DNA of 64,000 nucleotides from Takakia lepidozioides (GCA_030704615.1 CM060734.1:40548001-40612000); one strand, 5' to 3'. Shown: positions 1 through 14,800, numbered from the stretch's first letter. Numbers and translations are program-made. Notes: generated by a model from the letters alone, not told the origin.

Positions 1-357
1 TTGATGATGCTCCTCGCATCCAAACCTGATTTCTCTCATTCTCAAGCAAAAACCACAAGCACAAGCTCATGCGAGCTCACATAGCTGAAGCATAAACTCA
101 TGCATATATAAACTCATCACTCAAATACAAGTCAAGCCAAAGTGCACCCCACGCCATGGAGAATCCACACTACGTCGCCATATCTAGGCGCGGTGAGGCT
201 CAACTCGAGAAAGATAAGCCTCCTGCAATGCCGTGAAGATAACCACTCTCGGGCCTAAATCTACCCTGACCCCTGGATTGACACTTGGGCCAATCCCAAA
301 TGTCAATATGTAAAAGCTAGTTATTTCCTAGCTAGTTTCACACTAGTGGTGAAATAA

Positions 358-570
358 CTTGATAGCTGGAAAGAGGAAGAAATAGCCCCGTTGACTATGA
401 CTTTACTGGAAGCAGAACTCAAAAGGATTTCAATCCAACAAAGAAAGCTGCCTTTAATACCACATTTGTCAGTGGCAACAAGCAGATAGTCCCAATCAAT
501 ATTATCGAAGGCTTTTTCAAAGTCAAGCATCAGCAAAGCCAGTGGTTGGTTATTCTCAGCGGGAATTCAT
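358..570 (-). mobile_element. L1/Tx1-clade LINE reverse transcriptase fragment
   Basis: ORF 321-536 encodes LMLDFEKAFDNIDWDYL...WIEILLSSASSKVIVNG, a typical non-LTR RT motif; truncated at both ends. Confidence 0.85.
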
Positions 571-983
571 TACTACATATAGCATTACTGGAAACTGATG
601 AATATATGGATTATCATTATTCACTAGAAATGAAACAAAATTATATTTTTGATAAGTATCATACTGGTTGTTGGTTTCATTAATGATGGCGTCCACCAAC
701 TCCATTATTTATTAAGATTCATAATAATCACCTCTACCAACTCCATTCTTTAATTCAAATTATAATTAGTAGTGGTTATAAAAATTTATGGAAGCTCATT
801 AGTAATGACACAATTATCATGCATTTAAAATAACTGACAAAATCTCAATGGCTACATATCACATATAGCATTTATTACAAAAAAAACTGTCATTATGTTT
901 TTACAAATGAAATAAAATTCTATTTCCAATAAATCTCATAATAATTGTTGATCCGACACACCCACATTTCCCTTGAAATGAAG

Positions 984-1680
984 CTTTAAGGATTTCTTAG
1001 AACCCTTAATATTTATATTCACTCTAAGGATTTCATAGAGCCGCTCTAAGGAACCCTTAGAGCAAGAAAATAGAAAAACAAATAAATTGCTATTTATATT
1101 CGCTCTAAGGATATTTTAGAGCAGCTCTAAGAAACCCTTAGAGCGAGAAAATAGACAAAAAAAAAACACACTCTAAGGGTTTCTTAGAGCGGCTCTAAGA
1201 AACCATTAGACCCAAAAAAACAAAAAAAACAAAAAAAACAAAACTATTTATATTCGCTCCGCTCTAAAAAATGTTTAGAACGAGACAATAGAAAAATGTA
1301 CATATTATTTATATTCATTCTAAGGTTTATTAGAGTCGCTCTAAGAAACCCTTAGGGCGAGAAAACAGAAATTAATAAATTACTATATATTTGCTAAGGA
1401 TTTTTTAGAGCTGCTCTAAGAAATCCTTAGAACGGGATAATAGAGATTAATAAATTACTATTTATATTTTCTCTAAGGATTTTTTAGAGCCGTTCTAAGA
1501 AATCCTAGAACAAGAGAATAGAAATTAATAAAATACTATAAATATTCGTTATAAGGATTTCTTACAGCCGCCGCTCTAAGGGTTTTTTAGAGCGAGAAAA
1601 TAGAAAATAATTAATTTACTATCTATAATATTTGCTTTAAGGATGTCGTAGAGCCGCTCTAAGAAACCCTTAGAGCGAGC
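984..1680. repeat. Minisatellite of ~75-80 bp units, each carrying paired CTCTAAG...CTTAGAG palindromes
   Basis: About 8-9 degenerate copies of TTTATATTCGCTCTAAGGATTTTTTAGAGCCGCTCTAAGAAACCCTTAGAGCGAGAAAATAGAAA. Confidence 0.9.
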
Positions 1681-2203
1681 AAGGTTGGGGGTGGAAGTCA
1701 AGGCGAGGTTGCACCTTGGGTTGCAACGATGGGCGGGCGGGCCGAGGCAGTAGCAAGAAGAGACTCCCAATCCATTTGACCACGGAGTTGCTGGTAGGGG
1801 CGGCGAATCTTGTGGTTGTGCGGGAGAATGCCGTTCTCTAAGCGCACTGTAGATAGTGCGGGAGTGTGACGAAATTCGGTGAGGGTCACTATTTTGAAGT
1901 GCGAGAAGTGCGAGAATGTGTTGTTGGGGGTGCGCCATCCCGTCCGAAATTGGCGGCTGCACTATTTTGAAGATAGAGCGCCAAAAAACCCTGCTACCGG
2001 TCATGCTCTTAGTCTCCCCTATTACCTGACATTGTTGAATGTCATAGTGAGGCCTTTAAACGTACTATTTGTTCTTGGTTCTGTATAGGGAAAAGCCCTG
2101 AGCGGAGGGCGTTCTTGGATTTAAGGGCCTCAATCCGAGGGCGGTAGCTCGAGGCGCCGGCCCGAAAATCCAAGAAGGCCAGGCAAGAGGGGCCTAATTC
2201 CCC

Positions 2204-2341
2204 TGCGTAAAGAAATGGGATGATTTGTCGGTGTGCATTATGCTTTTATGTAACGCCCTCGTACTCATACTCGTGGTTGGCTATTGCGCTGCATAACGAG
2301 TAGATATTAACGAAGAGAAATTAGTCCCAGTTCTTTACGCA
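2204..2341. mobile_element. Small MITE-like inverted repeat
   Basis: TGCGTAAAGAAATGGGATGATTT pairs imperfectly with AAATTAGTCCCAGTTCTTTACGCA; no clear TSD. Confidence 0.45.
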
Positions 2342-3716
2342 TGCATATTGGTAAGTGATTAGTGGATGCCCTTATAACCTGATCGCAAGAGCATGCCAAA
2401 CTACGTATAGTCGTCATTCTTATCAGAATAACATGAAGCACATCAGTCTAGAGGAGGTGTCTGAATGGTGTTTAATATCTCCGATGACGGTCACGTTTGT
2501 TTACCGATCCATGCTTTTCGTGAAAACTTGCAGTTTTTTTTAGTGGCACCAAATTCTCGAACAAAATTTGCCAAGTAATAGAAGTGTCCGGGGAGTTGAA
2601 TGCCCTGACACCCTTGCCAGCGGTCTCACCCCTAGGCAAGTCACCGTCCGCGGTCGACCGCGAAATACATCAATACATGAATGGTGCCCACCCATGCATG
2701 CTCATACCCATGCATCCTCTGAATCTTGCTCAAAGCCATACATGACATGTCTGGGAAAACATCCGTCCCCCCCTCTGTCTCTGCATTGATGTCATGAATT
2801 GGAATCTTGCCTCTTACGGTTTGGCAAGTACATCCATGGCAAGTTGCAACCCACACTTCCTCATACATTTGTTGTTCCTCGCTTGGTCGCACAATTGCAA
2901 AAGCGCCGTGCAAACCGTAGTGCTAAGGTACAAGCATCAGAAAAGTGTAAAAGAGTAATATATATGAGGAATGTATCAAAAAAGTGTTCATAATTCTATA
3001 TATACATATTCTGGTTGTGTGCCGTATTAAAGAAATAGAGATGGTTGGTGTGAGGTCTTATTAGCCTAAGTGGGGAGTGTGCTTGAGTTGTATATTGAAG
3101 GAGTATATATATATCCCAAATAGTGTATATGAGTAGTATTGAGGAAAGTAAGCTTATCAAGATAGTATATAATATGAGAGATAGCATGTATGGGAAATAT
3201 ATTATTTGTGTATGCAATATACTCTTGTACTGTAGATTATGAACTTTTTGTAATCGAGGGATGCACTAATTCCGCAGAAAACATACTTTACAAGCTAAAT
3301 TGTACCACAAACCCTATTCATTCTACAAATTGTGTTTGGATGGGGAATAAGAAGAATTCCCAAGGCGGAAAGGAGAGGTAAGACCTGGGCCAGCTAGGGA
3401 AAGGGGCGCTAAATGAAAGACACAAAGCTGATTAGAGATAGTAATCTACTGAGCAAAATACCAAAAGATGAAGCTCGTAGAATAGCTCAGAACGTTTGAA
3501 AGGAAAATTCTAGGGAAAGACTATAAAGGTTGTCACCTAAGCATGTTACGGGAGAGGATGGCATATTTTCCATGTCCATCATTATCTATATTCAATCAAT
3601 ATTGTTAAAGTCAAATCATATTTATTTATTATATTAGTTGCAATATCTCATTTAATCTCCCCTCACTTTTGTCATAACAATTGACAAAACCCTTCATAGT
3701 TTTCGCTTTATCATTA

Positions 3717-5315
3717 TTAATGTAACTTATTCTTCAAAGAAACAGTAATTGGAATTTGAATTATGTGACCCAAACTTCCATGTAGAACCAAAGATCCAAA
3801 AGTTGTCTGATTGGAATCAACTGTTGTTGTTAATGTCACTTGTAATGGTAGTGCACCCCCTCTTGCAATGACAAAAAAGTGGGGACGGACACTGATAGAT
3901 ACACCAGTTGGCTCTGTTATAACCATTGTGTATTTCTCTTGGTATTGACCAACATTGGTCACTGTTCTTGGAACGATGCGACTACCATTTAAGGTGGCAA
4001 TAGTGATGGAAGGCGAGTTAAGATTTGAGGGTAAACCAATGAGTGAGCCACACTTGCCGCCCGTTGCTGCAGCAATTAGGGATGCTGGTACGTTTGGTAT
4101 AGAGCATAAAAACTTTAGATAGTCATCAAATCCTGCACCAGTATAAACCAACACAATTTTGTTAACTAAAACATTACACGTCTAGGTTGGTCTGCAAAAG
4201 TTCATGTACAACATCATGTATGAGAATTTGATGCCAACACATGACGACTTTTGTTGAGAGTTGTATATACTAGATTATAATATGTGGTAGTGTACTTAGA
4301 AAAGCTGACATTGTGTTTTAAGTTATATACATCATATAAATTTCTGGATATTTGAATATCATAACAACTTTATTCGATTGTTTTATTTCCTTGACCTTCT
4401 TACCTGCATCAAAAACAAGTCCAGGATCCAGGGCAGCTGTTGCATTGACAAATCCTGCCCCGAAATCGAAGGGTGTTCCGGGCCTTATGAAAAGATTGTA
4501 TTCTGAATCGAGATCTTGTGCAGAGAGAGCATTTCCTTGTTTGTTGGTTGAAGATGCCGTGGTGAGAATGGCTGAAGCAATCGCTGCGGGGCTCCATTTT
4601 GGATGTACCTCTTTCACCAAAGCTGCAATTCCTGTTACATGGGGTGTGGCCATGCTTGTCCCGCTTATTATGGCAAATAATTCACCTGTCACTCCATTGT
4701 TCGAAGCACCAAGTTAGCAAATCTAAATAATCAAACCTGCTTACTAAAATGCCATTTCACAAATTGTCGTGGGTTTAAAACCACATAGGTGTATATTATA
4801 TGTGTTTTTTCTATTATGACCAGCCCAACAATCACTCAATGTGTGGATACTTGGGAACTTTCTGAGTCCTTGGGAGAGGGATGTTGGGCAACTCTATTGT
4901 TCCTGCTGTTAGGAAGTGTCCACATTCCAAGCAAAAAGTATTAGCCCTTTGTGTAAAATAATGTCATGCTTGCTTCGACAAGAGTAATCTTCATCCTACA
5001 AGTTTTCTTCCTTTGTGACCCTTCATTTTTTTGCTGTGACCTTTATTTTTATTTTTTTTGTCCAAACATTAAACATTCAAAAGCAATCTCCTTCATTATG
5101 ATCTATCATACCTTTGTAAGCCTCCTTCCTGGACGCTTTTATGATCTGTTCGATGTCTTCTCCTTCTTTTCCTCTTTTCACGTGGGTTACGAAGCAGTGC
5201 CTTCGTTAATCAGCCTCTATGGCACTCGATTAAGGTTATTTTTTCACTTGTAATGCTGGGATAGCTTGTCCCCCTGTTTCTTGATATAAAATTTCAAGGG
5301 TGTCCACTCCCTATT

Positions 5316-5406
<91 letters not shown>

Positions 5407-8400
5407 ACCAACCTGACACTCTCGACTTTGGATTAGTTTCTAATGGATAAAGATCAACGACCTCTGGATGAAGCCCAGAGCCACTTCACCTTTTGGCTAT
5501 TCCTTCGGGAGTAGGCAGTGTACTTAGGTTGCACTAGGTGAGCAAAACATATAATATTTCACTCAATTCTTCATGATTTCGAGTAATTACCTAGTGCGTC
5601 GACTTCATAAGGGTTGCCCGTAGGGGTCCATCCTGCCCAGATATCCACTCCCGGCGCCAAAACACTTGGCTTTAAGAAATCTGCGGGGTCGTATGCGCCA
5701 GAATTAATATCAGGACCTCTCGATGAGAAGTATGCCACAACGGGGGCACTCCCACTGAATGCAGCCTTCTGCCCTCCAGTTAACCTCGCCAATCCCCCAA
5801 ATTGTGTTACTTTGCCCGAATGTGAATCTCTCACAGTTGATTTGTTGTAGTACTGGAAAAAAGTCTGCAACAACACATTCGAAAAGAAAGTTTAGAAATT
5901 CAGTCGCACTCAGACTTCATACTCGACTCGTTGAGTACATGTCATTTAGGTTTAGTGCGCTCCACTGAGACCTCTTTTTCAAGTAAGTAATGAATCTTGC
6001 ATCAATCAGTTATGTGTAGAAGAAGAAAGCAAGCATACCGTTATCTCCTCTGGCTTATAAATGATAGAAACTGGGTAGTCGCCAACAAGAGTGGGAAGAA
6101 ATGGTAGGTTGAATTGATTGTAATTCAAGACGAGCACAGCTCCAGCCGCTTTGACGGTGCGGCCAGTTGTGAGCGTTGCGTTGATTGTAGATCCGCTACT
6201 AGTAGCTCCATCGTCAATGCAAACAAGAATGCTGCCTGCAACAATAGATGGATCGAAAATAGTGGGGTCGGCGCAGTCGAAGTTGAAAGTGTCATTTTTT
6301 TGGTGTTCTAGGTGCGCGTCGGTGGATAACACCAACTTGTGCAAGTCGCTTCCCGGAGTTGGGGCTGCCATGAACATTCAAGTTAGTGACTTCAGATGAC
6401 AAATCAATGGAAGGTAATTGGAGATTAAAGAAGTTTGAATCTTTAAACTAGATTTTTTCACCGATATTTCTGCAGTTTGTAGTTTCGTTCAGTACTGATG
6501 GGGCCAGTGCGAATGGTAATTTTAACAGTATGATTGCTCTTCAAAAGTTTCTTGAGAAATTATCTAAACTTACGAGCAAAGCCTCCGCCAGAAACGGTCT
6601 GTTTGCTCCCCAACACGATATTGTTGGGATATGTGCGATCAGTAGAAGATGCTGCCACCGACACAATCCAAGGACTCCACGAAATTAGTGAGCTTGTAGA
6701 GGGTCCATTGTTTCCCGCTGCCTGAGTCACAAAGATCCCAGACTTGACCGCTCCGAGAAGAGCAACTCCTACGGCGTCGGCCAGATATGTACTATTGTTG
6801 AAGGGTGGTCCACTAGGGCCCAGGGACAAATTGAGGATGTTCACTCCATCTTTAGCTGCCTGCAATGTTACACCTCGAAAAATATCATGTACATACTAAA
6901 TGGAGTCCTGATGATATGATCAATGTTGCATTGTAAACATAACATTTTGGCCAGCTGCATATTGGCTTTTGGAGTAATCCGAATCAAGATAATTACTTTT
7001 GATATCCGTCAAGGCTTCAGCACTCGCAGTATCTGGTTTAGAGCTATCTTGGACCAAATGTACATACGCATGTACAACATATTGATGACATGTTCATGTC
7101 AGGTAGAGCTAGGATTCTCGTTTGCACTGTTATACAATGAACGAGATAGAACTTTAGATAAGACCATTCTAGAGCTAGCGAGTATCACCGAGTACAGTGA
7201 GTTAGCAGTTCAGAAGTTATGGGTTGTTGTCAGCTGACAATAAGGCGAAGCTTGCACATCTCAAGGTCACTGGATTAACAGTCCTGGAAACAGATTGCAT
7301 GATGGGAGGCTTAAACAACGAGTAGATATTAATAACGACCCTAGACGTTACTTGTTTCACCTAAATAGGACAATCATCCAGCTAGCAAACGAACCTGACA
7401 TATGCTAGGTCCGTCGAAAACCATCGATGACTTCACATTAGCTAACGACAGCCCAAACTAGTGGGATGTGTATGGAGTTGGCCAAGAGAATGACTTGCAC
7501 ATGAGAAAACACTGGACATGATTTATTATGATGTTTTCAAACCTTGTCAATGGCTGCCACTATATCAGACTGGACCCCGCTGCCAGACTTGTCGAGAGCC
7601 TTGTACATTGCAATGCTGCCCCAACATATTGTCATTATGTCAGCCTCTCAAACAGTTATTTATGTTGGCTGTATAATAGAGGTTGTCTTCAGGAGGCCTC
7701 TCAAGCAACATATATTAAGTGTGAATTCAATTACTAGTGGATCAGTAGTGGTCACTTGTACATAATGTAGATCGATGTACAAATTTAGAGAATCATTGTG
7801 AGAAAGACTGACCCAGCGCCAGGGGCCATGCCACTCGCAGATCCATAGTTGACCCCGTGATATACGACTGGCACTCCATACTTTCCGCCTGCTGTTGATG
7901 AAGTGTGACTGGCATACAAATTGCGAGTGCAGCAATGTAACAGCTAATTAGGTTAGGTCAGCTATCAAATGCTGCAAACGATCATAAGCATTATGCTGCC
8001 AATATGGCTCACTCCAAATTTGAAAATAAATTACCAAGTTGCTCAGGTATCCCATACATGAATTTTCACGAGTTGATGTAGTGTAACGAGCCACAAGTCT
8101 TAGAGCAGCCTTCACTTTACGAATAAATACCTAGGGTCCGCGGACCTGTTCCTGAAGAATGATATCAGAGACAGGTTTAGGGGCGCTAAGGTTTCCATAT
8201 TTTAGTGAACATATGAGCTGTTGAAATTGAATATAGGTTGCTCGCTATATACCACTTACAGATCATTGCGTCATTTTTATAGAGGTCGTAGTTTTGTACT
8301 TACGTTCCATGTCCATTTCGATCCAAAGGATCAAACCAATCCGGATCTGAAGCGTTTTGATTGCCAATCTTAGACAAACCGTCCAGAAAGTGTTGTGCCC

Positions 8401-9364
8401 CCACTAGCTTCTTATTGCAGGATCCTGCTGGGAAATACTTCGTCACATCGCAAGTTCCTCGGTAGCGGCTCACTGCAGCGGGGCTTGAGGCCTCGGATGA
8501 GAAGCTGGGATGCAAAGGGTAGACTCCTGTATCAATTATCCCAACCACAACGCCTTCACCAGCCTTCTTAGGACCACCTTTTACTTGAGCCCATGCTCCT
8601 GTAGGAAGTCCGAGGTAGTCCGGCGTGTGTGTGGTGCTTGCATACACATGTGCATCTTCCTCTATGCTCAACACTTCCGAAATTTCTCTCAAAGTTTGTG
8701 CCTGACCTCATTAAGAAATGTCAGTTCAATTAAGAGACATCAGACCTGTGGATGATCCCGAAATTAATGGGATATTTGTGGTAGACTCATTCTGCTCAAA
8801 AGGGGGCATGGAATTGACCCGCATCCTCTGGTCAATAGTCTAGTTCTAAGCATTGGATCCTGCCTAAAAAGTTTAGATATAAACATTGTTCCGGACGCCT
8901 GTATTCTAATTGAACAATATTGTTGTCCAAAAGGAAGACATAGAATCTACAGTCACCAACCTGTTCCGTGGAGGTATACACTGCAAAGCCATTCAGAACG
9001 TGAGTGTAGCTATAAATTTTAGAGTAATATGCACCAATAAGTGCCTGCTCCAATAAAGCGTCGTGAGCACTGCTCAAATTTGCAACAGGGAGGGATGATT
9101 CGAAATCTCTGAACACCGCAGTACAACCCCCCATGAACCCAGCTCAGAATTCAGAATCTGCACAACAGGGCATATGAGAGTCTGAAGACACATATTAAAC
9201 AAACTGACACTGGACACGTCCCTCAACAGTGCTCACGAATGTTACCTGCGTAGCAATACAATGTACACTTTCAGATCTGACGCGGCCGTTACTTGAACGC
9301 CCCATGCTACAAACATCAGGGTAACCAATCCTAGTCTACCAATATTCTCCCTTCCAATATTCAT
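3717..9364 (-). CDS. Subtilisin-like serine protease (S8A, SBT2-like), 10 exons: 9364-9246, 9108-8961, 8701-8304, 7908-7813, 7615-7543, 6859-6574, 6364-6039, 5864-5591, 4685-4404, 4132-3717
   Basis: Signal peptide, I9 prodomain (VYIV, YSYTHVLNGFA), TTHTPDYLG maturation site, catalytic motifs IIDTG / GHGTHT / GTSMATPH, oxyanion AAGN, PA domain and Fn3-like C-terminus; GT-AG junctions keep frame. Confidence 0.95.
5320..5401. repeat. (TA)n microsatellite in subtilase intron
   Basis: About 40 perfect TA units. Confidence 0.98.
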
Positions 9365-12300
9365 GGTCAGCGGTTTTCTTGAGCTACTTTCTCTTTTCAA
9401 TCCGTCGAGTATCTTTCTCTTTCCTTGTGTTCGTGTGTTGTGTCAGTGCCAGTTCGCAATACTGGCAGGTCGATGTCTTTTCTACTAAACTCGTGGTTCC
9501 TCCAAGCAAACTCAAATATGCTCGATCGAGAGCATCCTCCTTCCTATAGAGCCTCCCCTAAATGCCGGACTGATCAGTTTTACTCAACTGCAGTCATCTC
9601 TGTAGAGCGATCCGAAGCTGCACTTATACGAGTTCACCTACTTCTTCACTTTCTTCAAGGGGTCAGTCACCCTTGGAATAGTTGGGCGGGCGGTGCTGAC
9701 CCCGCTGCTCGCACCTGGGCCCCTAGGCTCGCTGTCTGCTATGTATCAGTGGGTGGGGCCCAAGCCCGGACAAAGCAGCAGTAAAATAAATGCTTTACAC
9801 ACAGGTATGCAAGGTAAGAGTAAGAACAGCTCTGAACAGAGGAATTCAAAAATTTCTTTGGATTATTTCGGGCTGCCCCTCAACGATTGCCATTTTTGAC
9901 CACCCTGTAAAGCACTCACTTTGCAAATGTTAAGGATCTTAAGTAAATGTTTTGGCACTTTTTCATGAGATTAAATTACAGAAAGTGCTCCATATACACA
10001 GGGTCCGATTACGTTTCATAATTGGCCATGAGGGGTGCCAATTCTCAAGTAAAGCAAAGGAAGAAACTTTCCTTGCACCCTTGCCTAGATTACGATGGGC
10101 TGAGGGCCAGAACCGGGACGTCCCTTTGTATTATGAAATGGGCAAGACTAGCCTGGTGCAAAATCAGCAGTGGCTTGCCCATTCCATAATCCATAATGTA
10201 CGTTCCACAGCTGGACCCTGGGGATTCCAGCCTGGAAGACTCTCCGAAAATATCTCCCAGGTGAAAATATCACGAATTCTGATTCAAATTCCATATATCC
10301 ACTCCGAAATTCTATCCAGGAATCCCCCAGTAGAATACAAAAGAAACCACACCTGAAATGGATTACATGGGGCGGTCCTCTATTTGAGGGTCTGAACCCA
10401 GGGCTACAGCAACCCTAGGACATACGTACTATTTTTATATAAGGTACATCATATATAATATATACCCATGTTGTGCAGGTAAATCATTTCTCCGTATTTA
10501 TCTAGAGGGTAAATCAATCGAATGTACCCTTTTCATTTATCGTTACCCTTAGTCCCCTCATACTAGTAAATTGTCCAACTTGGCAGAACTTGTTGGTACA
10601 TGCATCTTGCCAAGATATGAATATTAGGTGGATGTAAATGAAATTTAAATCTCCGAAAGCTCCTTCAGCTTGAAATGGAGTGTCTCAGTCCCTAAGCCAA
10701 ATGTCCGCGACCCAAATCTCTAGTATAGTGCTTGTGGTATACCGTAGGCAGCTTGCGGGTGAAGGTAGGAGGATAGAGAAACGGCTGGCACAATTAGCAT
10801 TCCACTATACTTCAATAAATACCAAAAAATCTAAAAGAAAATGGAACATAGAACAATAGACCATAAATCGAAAGTTAAAAAAAAATGATAGGCACATTCC
10901 ATATCGCTAAATTGTACTCCACGGGGGGATCTTCCGCGACCCCGAATGTACCCCATCGATTTTGCTTTGAAGGGCATGATAAACGCATGGGAAATTTTTG
11001 GCAGTTCTTTACGGCTGGTAAAGATCTTTACCCCATTTTAATGGGGATTGCAGGGGATTCTAAGAGGCTGTAAGATATTGCTGTCGGAGGTGAGCCCAAA
11101 TTCCTGCAGACAACAGTTGAGGAGTTTGGGGGCCGAGTCCCACTCATGACAGGGAGGTCCGACCGAAAGAATTTTTACCTGCCGTGAAGCCCACTCAAAA
11201 ATTTCATCCGCCCCTGCCCAAGAATGAAAATGCTTGGGACAGAGCCTTAATCCCGCACGGGCAGAGCAACGAATCCAACAATGGGGAAACTCCTGTGGGA
11301 GATGTAACTAGATTTACAAAGGGAATTTTGGAGCAGCACTTTACTTCAGGGTAGCTCATTCCTTTGACCTCAGCCAAATTTGGTGACCAACCAAACTTCA
11401 CAGTATTGCGATGAATTCCACATACACTCTTCTACACTATCCTGGCAATTTTCAAATAGTGTAGACTGTCAGGAGGTGGTCGGAAACTTGAAACCTGCGT
11501 GTAGAGTAGATGGTAGTGAGGTAGTTTAGTTCCTCGCAAAATATTTTTGGGTTTTTAAAAGAATTCAAGGTTTTTAGACGACGACCTTGAGGCAGGTAAT
11601 TATTGGCTACATTTCAACACACATTGGCCCTTGTCAAATTTGTCTCCTCTACCAGAATGCGCCTCATTGCGATAGGGCTACCAAAAATTTGGAAGCCATT
11701 CTTAAGGGGATGAAACATAGAGACAAACATAGTTGACATTCCTTCATTGGATGTTGAGTTATAAACAAAGGTCGTCTATGTGTACACGAGACCTATGTCC
11801 ATCATTCACTGTGTATATGACCAATCAGATGAATGGCAAGTGCTATCCCCAAGTCGCCTCATTTTTGCCACTTCCGTCTAGCTAGACGACAAATATAAGT
11901 GATTCCATATGTCTACCAACATTAATCGTTAAAATCATAGACATGAGTTTGATGCTTGTGCTTGAGGATAAAGTTAGCAAAACCACTATGGTACACTAAA
12001 TGTTAATGAAATATATCTCAAAATAAATTAAGGGCCGATTTTTCCTAGGGACCAAGACCAAAAAACAATGGTCCCACCAAGTTGAAATAGTTTTCGTCCA
12101 CTCTTGGTCCTTTGTCCTTAGATGCAAATAAGCGACCAGACTGTCTAGCTAAGTCATGCCAAGAGTGGGTAGCTCAGTCTTTCCTGCAGGACCAACATAT
12201 GGTGATTACTGCATGGATAGCCTCTAAACGAGCCTAAATTAGCATACTTCAGGCACACCGAGAGGTATGTCAATGGTGACGCGTGGGCTTGTCCATTAGA

Positions 12301-12368
12301 GGATGGTCCAAGAATTTCAAAATGGGATAAATAGTATGCTACACAAGGATTCGAAGAAATAACCCCTG

Positions 12369-12686
12369 TGTAAGGGGGTCCAAAAAAAGACCATATGAAG
12401 GTGCCAGCTATTAGACGGAGGATGGTTTAGGCGCCAAATTGGGGTAGTACATGTGTCAAGTGGTGGTTTCTAGGGGTGACATGTGTGGGGCAACGTTCTA
12501 GAAAGGTCCCCCACCGCTTGACGGCGCAGTGGCCACCACCCTAAGAGGGCATATAAAGGATAAGAGCGCTCTCCTCTCATGCCTCTTACTACTTACTAAG
12601 TTAGCACCTACTTTAGTGGGCTCTGCAGAGACTAGGCCCAAAAATAGATGCAAACATGAACCATAGTTATATTAATTAATAGAACA
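12369..12686 (+). mobile_element. Solo-LTR-like dispersed repeat (copy 1)
   Basis: TGTAAGGGGG...TTAATAGAACA with a TATA-like motif; clearly homologous to 58031-58340; no TSD seen. Confidence 0.6.
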
Positions 12687-13282
12687 GATGAGCTGAATAA
12701 GCCCCCACATGGCATCTTGAAGCGAGCTTTTAGCTTCTAGTTAGATTTTATTGGTTTTGCCTAGAGAGATGAACTTGATACAAACAAGGGGGATAAAGAG
12801 AGTGACTGGACTCAAACAGAGGAGCTGGGGCTGTGAGTGTAGCCTGATATAATGTGCTAAGTGCCTGCATTTCGAAGACTTAAAGACCAATGATGATGGA
12901 CTGGAACAGTGTGCGGTGCCGCACACTGTATTAAGCTAGAATTGTCATATTATTGAAGCCCTGTAGAAAGAGGTCGCTGGATCAAACAGAGGATCTGGGG
13001 GCTACAGTGCAAATAGATACGCCTGAATGGGGGGGGGCACAAACAGTATTCTAGTAGGGGCTATTCCTGAAGATCGAAAAATGGAGAGGATTGAAGCGGC
13101 CACTGGGGAGGGAGGGCACCCCTTTTGGAATGGGTGAAATGTGAGACCACGTATAGAGGCTAGCATAGAAGTAGAAGGGTGGGCGCTCCTTCTAGTTCTA
13201 GAGCTTTCCAAAAAGTGGGCCCCCTTCTATAAGACTCCACCACCGCCTTGATACATTATATTGAGAGGGGCTTACAGTGTGG

Positions 13283-13795
13283 ATAGAGCTCACCCCTGAA
13301 AGGGGGCAGCTGCAAGGGGAAGAGGCTCTTATTTACGCTAGCTTCGGTTACATGCATCATATGTATATATATAAAGAGGTGAGGGCTACATTTTACAAGG
13401 TTTCACCCATATCGATCGATTACATATAAACGTGACAAGACGAACCCCTCATAACGGGGCTCCATCAGCATGGATGGAACGTGGCCTCCTTGACTATTAT
13501 CACCGTAGGTGTGGGGGGGGAGGGGTGAACACAACCATAATGTCCACATCCTAAAAGAAAACCTCAAACAACTTTTTAAACACACCACCTTCTTTCTATG
13601 CACCATATGTTTACGGCTATGACATCACTCACTGGATTAGAGCAAGAAAGTGGTTAACTGATCACTATGTGACTGGTTCCGGTGCCGATAGAGCCCACCC
13701 CTAAAAAGGGGCAGTACCCGCAAAGGGGGAGAGGCTCTTATTTGCGCTAGCTCTGGCTGGTGTCATATGTGTATGTGTGTATATGTATGTATATA
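13283..13795. repeat. Imperfect ~90-100 bp direct repeats (13283-13375 and 13687-13795), probably TE-derived
   Basis: GATAGAGC-CACCCCT-AAAGGGGCAG...GAGGCTCTTATTT-CGCTAGCT present twice. Confidence 0.7.
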
Positions 13796-14249
13796 GGGTT
13801 TTTTTGGCCTCCACCTCATTTTGGTGGGCTTTGCAACCCCTTTAAAAATGTAAATTTGGAACCTGAACCATCTTCAAATGAATAGAAATGTCAATAAGGG
13901 GTATAATCACCGCAACCACATTAATGCCCCCCGGTTGCGGGGCTCCACATAGTGAATGCCTCTGCCCAGACGTCGTTCAGCCCCCACTTCCAATATAAAC
14001 GAATTTATTTTAACTATTAATAATGAAATAAATATATAATAACATGTTATATAAGTTTATTATTTTAAAATATAAAATATATATATATAACGTTTTCAAC
14101 CTCAGATTTCATATTCCAATAAGTTTAAAATCCATTCAGTCAAGTTATTTATCAGATTACATTTAAAAACTCAATTTTGGGCCATAATTTTGTATGCTAT
14201 AATGGATAGCTACAAGGGTTCGAATCCCCATAATTGCAGCCCAACGCTC

Positions 14250-14800
14250 TGAATCTTTTGTGACATGGCAAATTTGGGCAAATCAGTGGGAGTTCTCATT
14301 CAATAGATGGATTCCAAAAGTCTTGTCACTCCCTCAATTTTGCTCCTTCCCAAAATTCTTGGATAGTTCTGGTTGCTCCTCTGTTGTAATTCCCAACCAT
14401 TTGTCCCTGTTCCTCCACATCGTAAGATATTCATGTCAATGAGTTCTACTTCGACACAATGCTGCAATTTGGGCAGTGAAAGAAGTGATCGAAAAATAAT
14501 GCATATTGTCTCCCCCTTCCACAGATCACACATTTTTCACAGAAATTTTCACAATTATTTTTAGAGATGTTTTACCCATCGTTCCATTGGGAAAACACCC
14601 ACACTTAAGGATATTCGAACCTTCATTAATATCTTATACATATTTCTTTGTCCTGATTGTTCAACATTGCTGGAAGGGGCCTAGAGAAAACTCGTTTAGG
14701 GTGATCTAAGAAATATTGCACTGATGGCTCACTAGGATGGATTCCAAGCTGCAAAAACAATTGTGAATGATAGTTGTACAGTTGAAGTTGTGGTTGTAAA
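14250..14800 (-). mobile_element. Degenerate DNA-transposase fragment (EnSpm/CACTA- or Plavaka-like)
   Basis: Minus-strand translation IQEFWEGAKLRE*QDFWNPSIE*ELPLICPN resembles the WDG...WFWDP...LP.C motif I recall from such transposases in non-seed plants; contains stops. Confidence 0.4.

Noticed and set aside
984-1680. CRISPR-like array
   Set aside because: Spacers are homologous to each other, repeats are degenerate, there are no cas genes and the context is eukaryotic
1576-2090. ORFs of 63-142 aa
   Set aside because: No recognisable domain; partly reads through the repeat array
9950-11500. Short ORFs upstream of the subtilase
   Set aside because: No motif that I can support in any frame
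14215-14232. tRNA gene (GGTTCGAATCCC)
   Set aside because: B-box only; no cloverleaf or A-box
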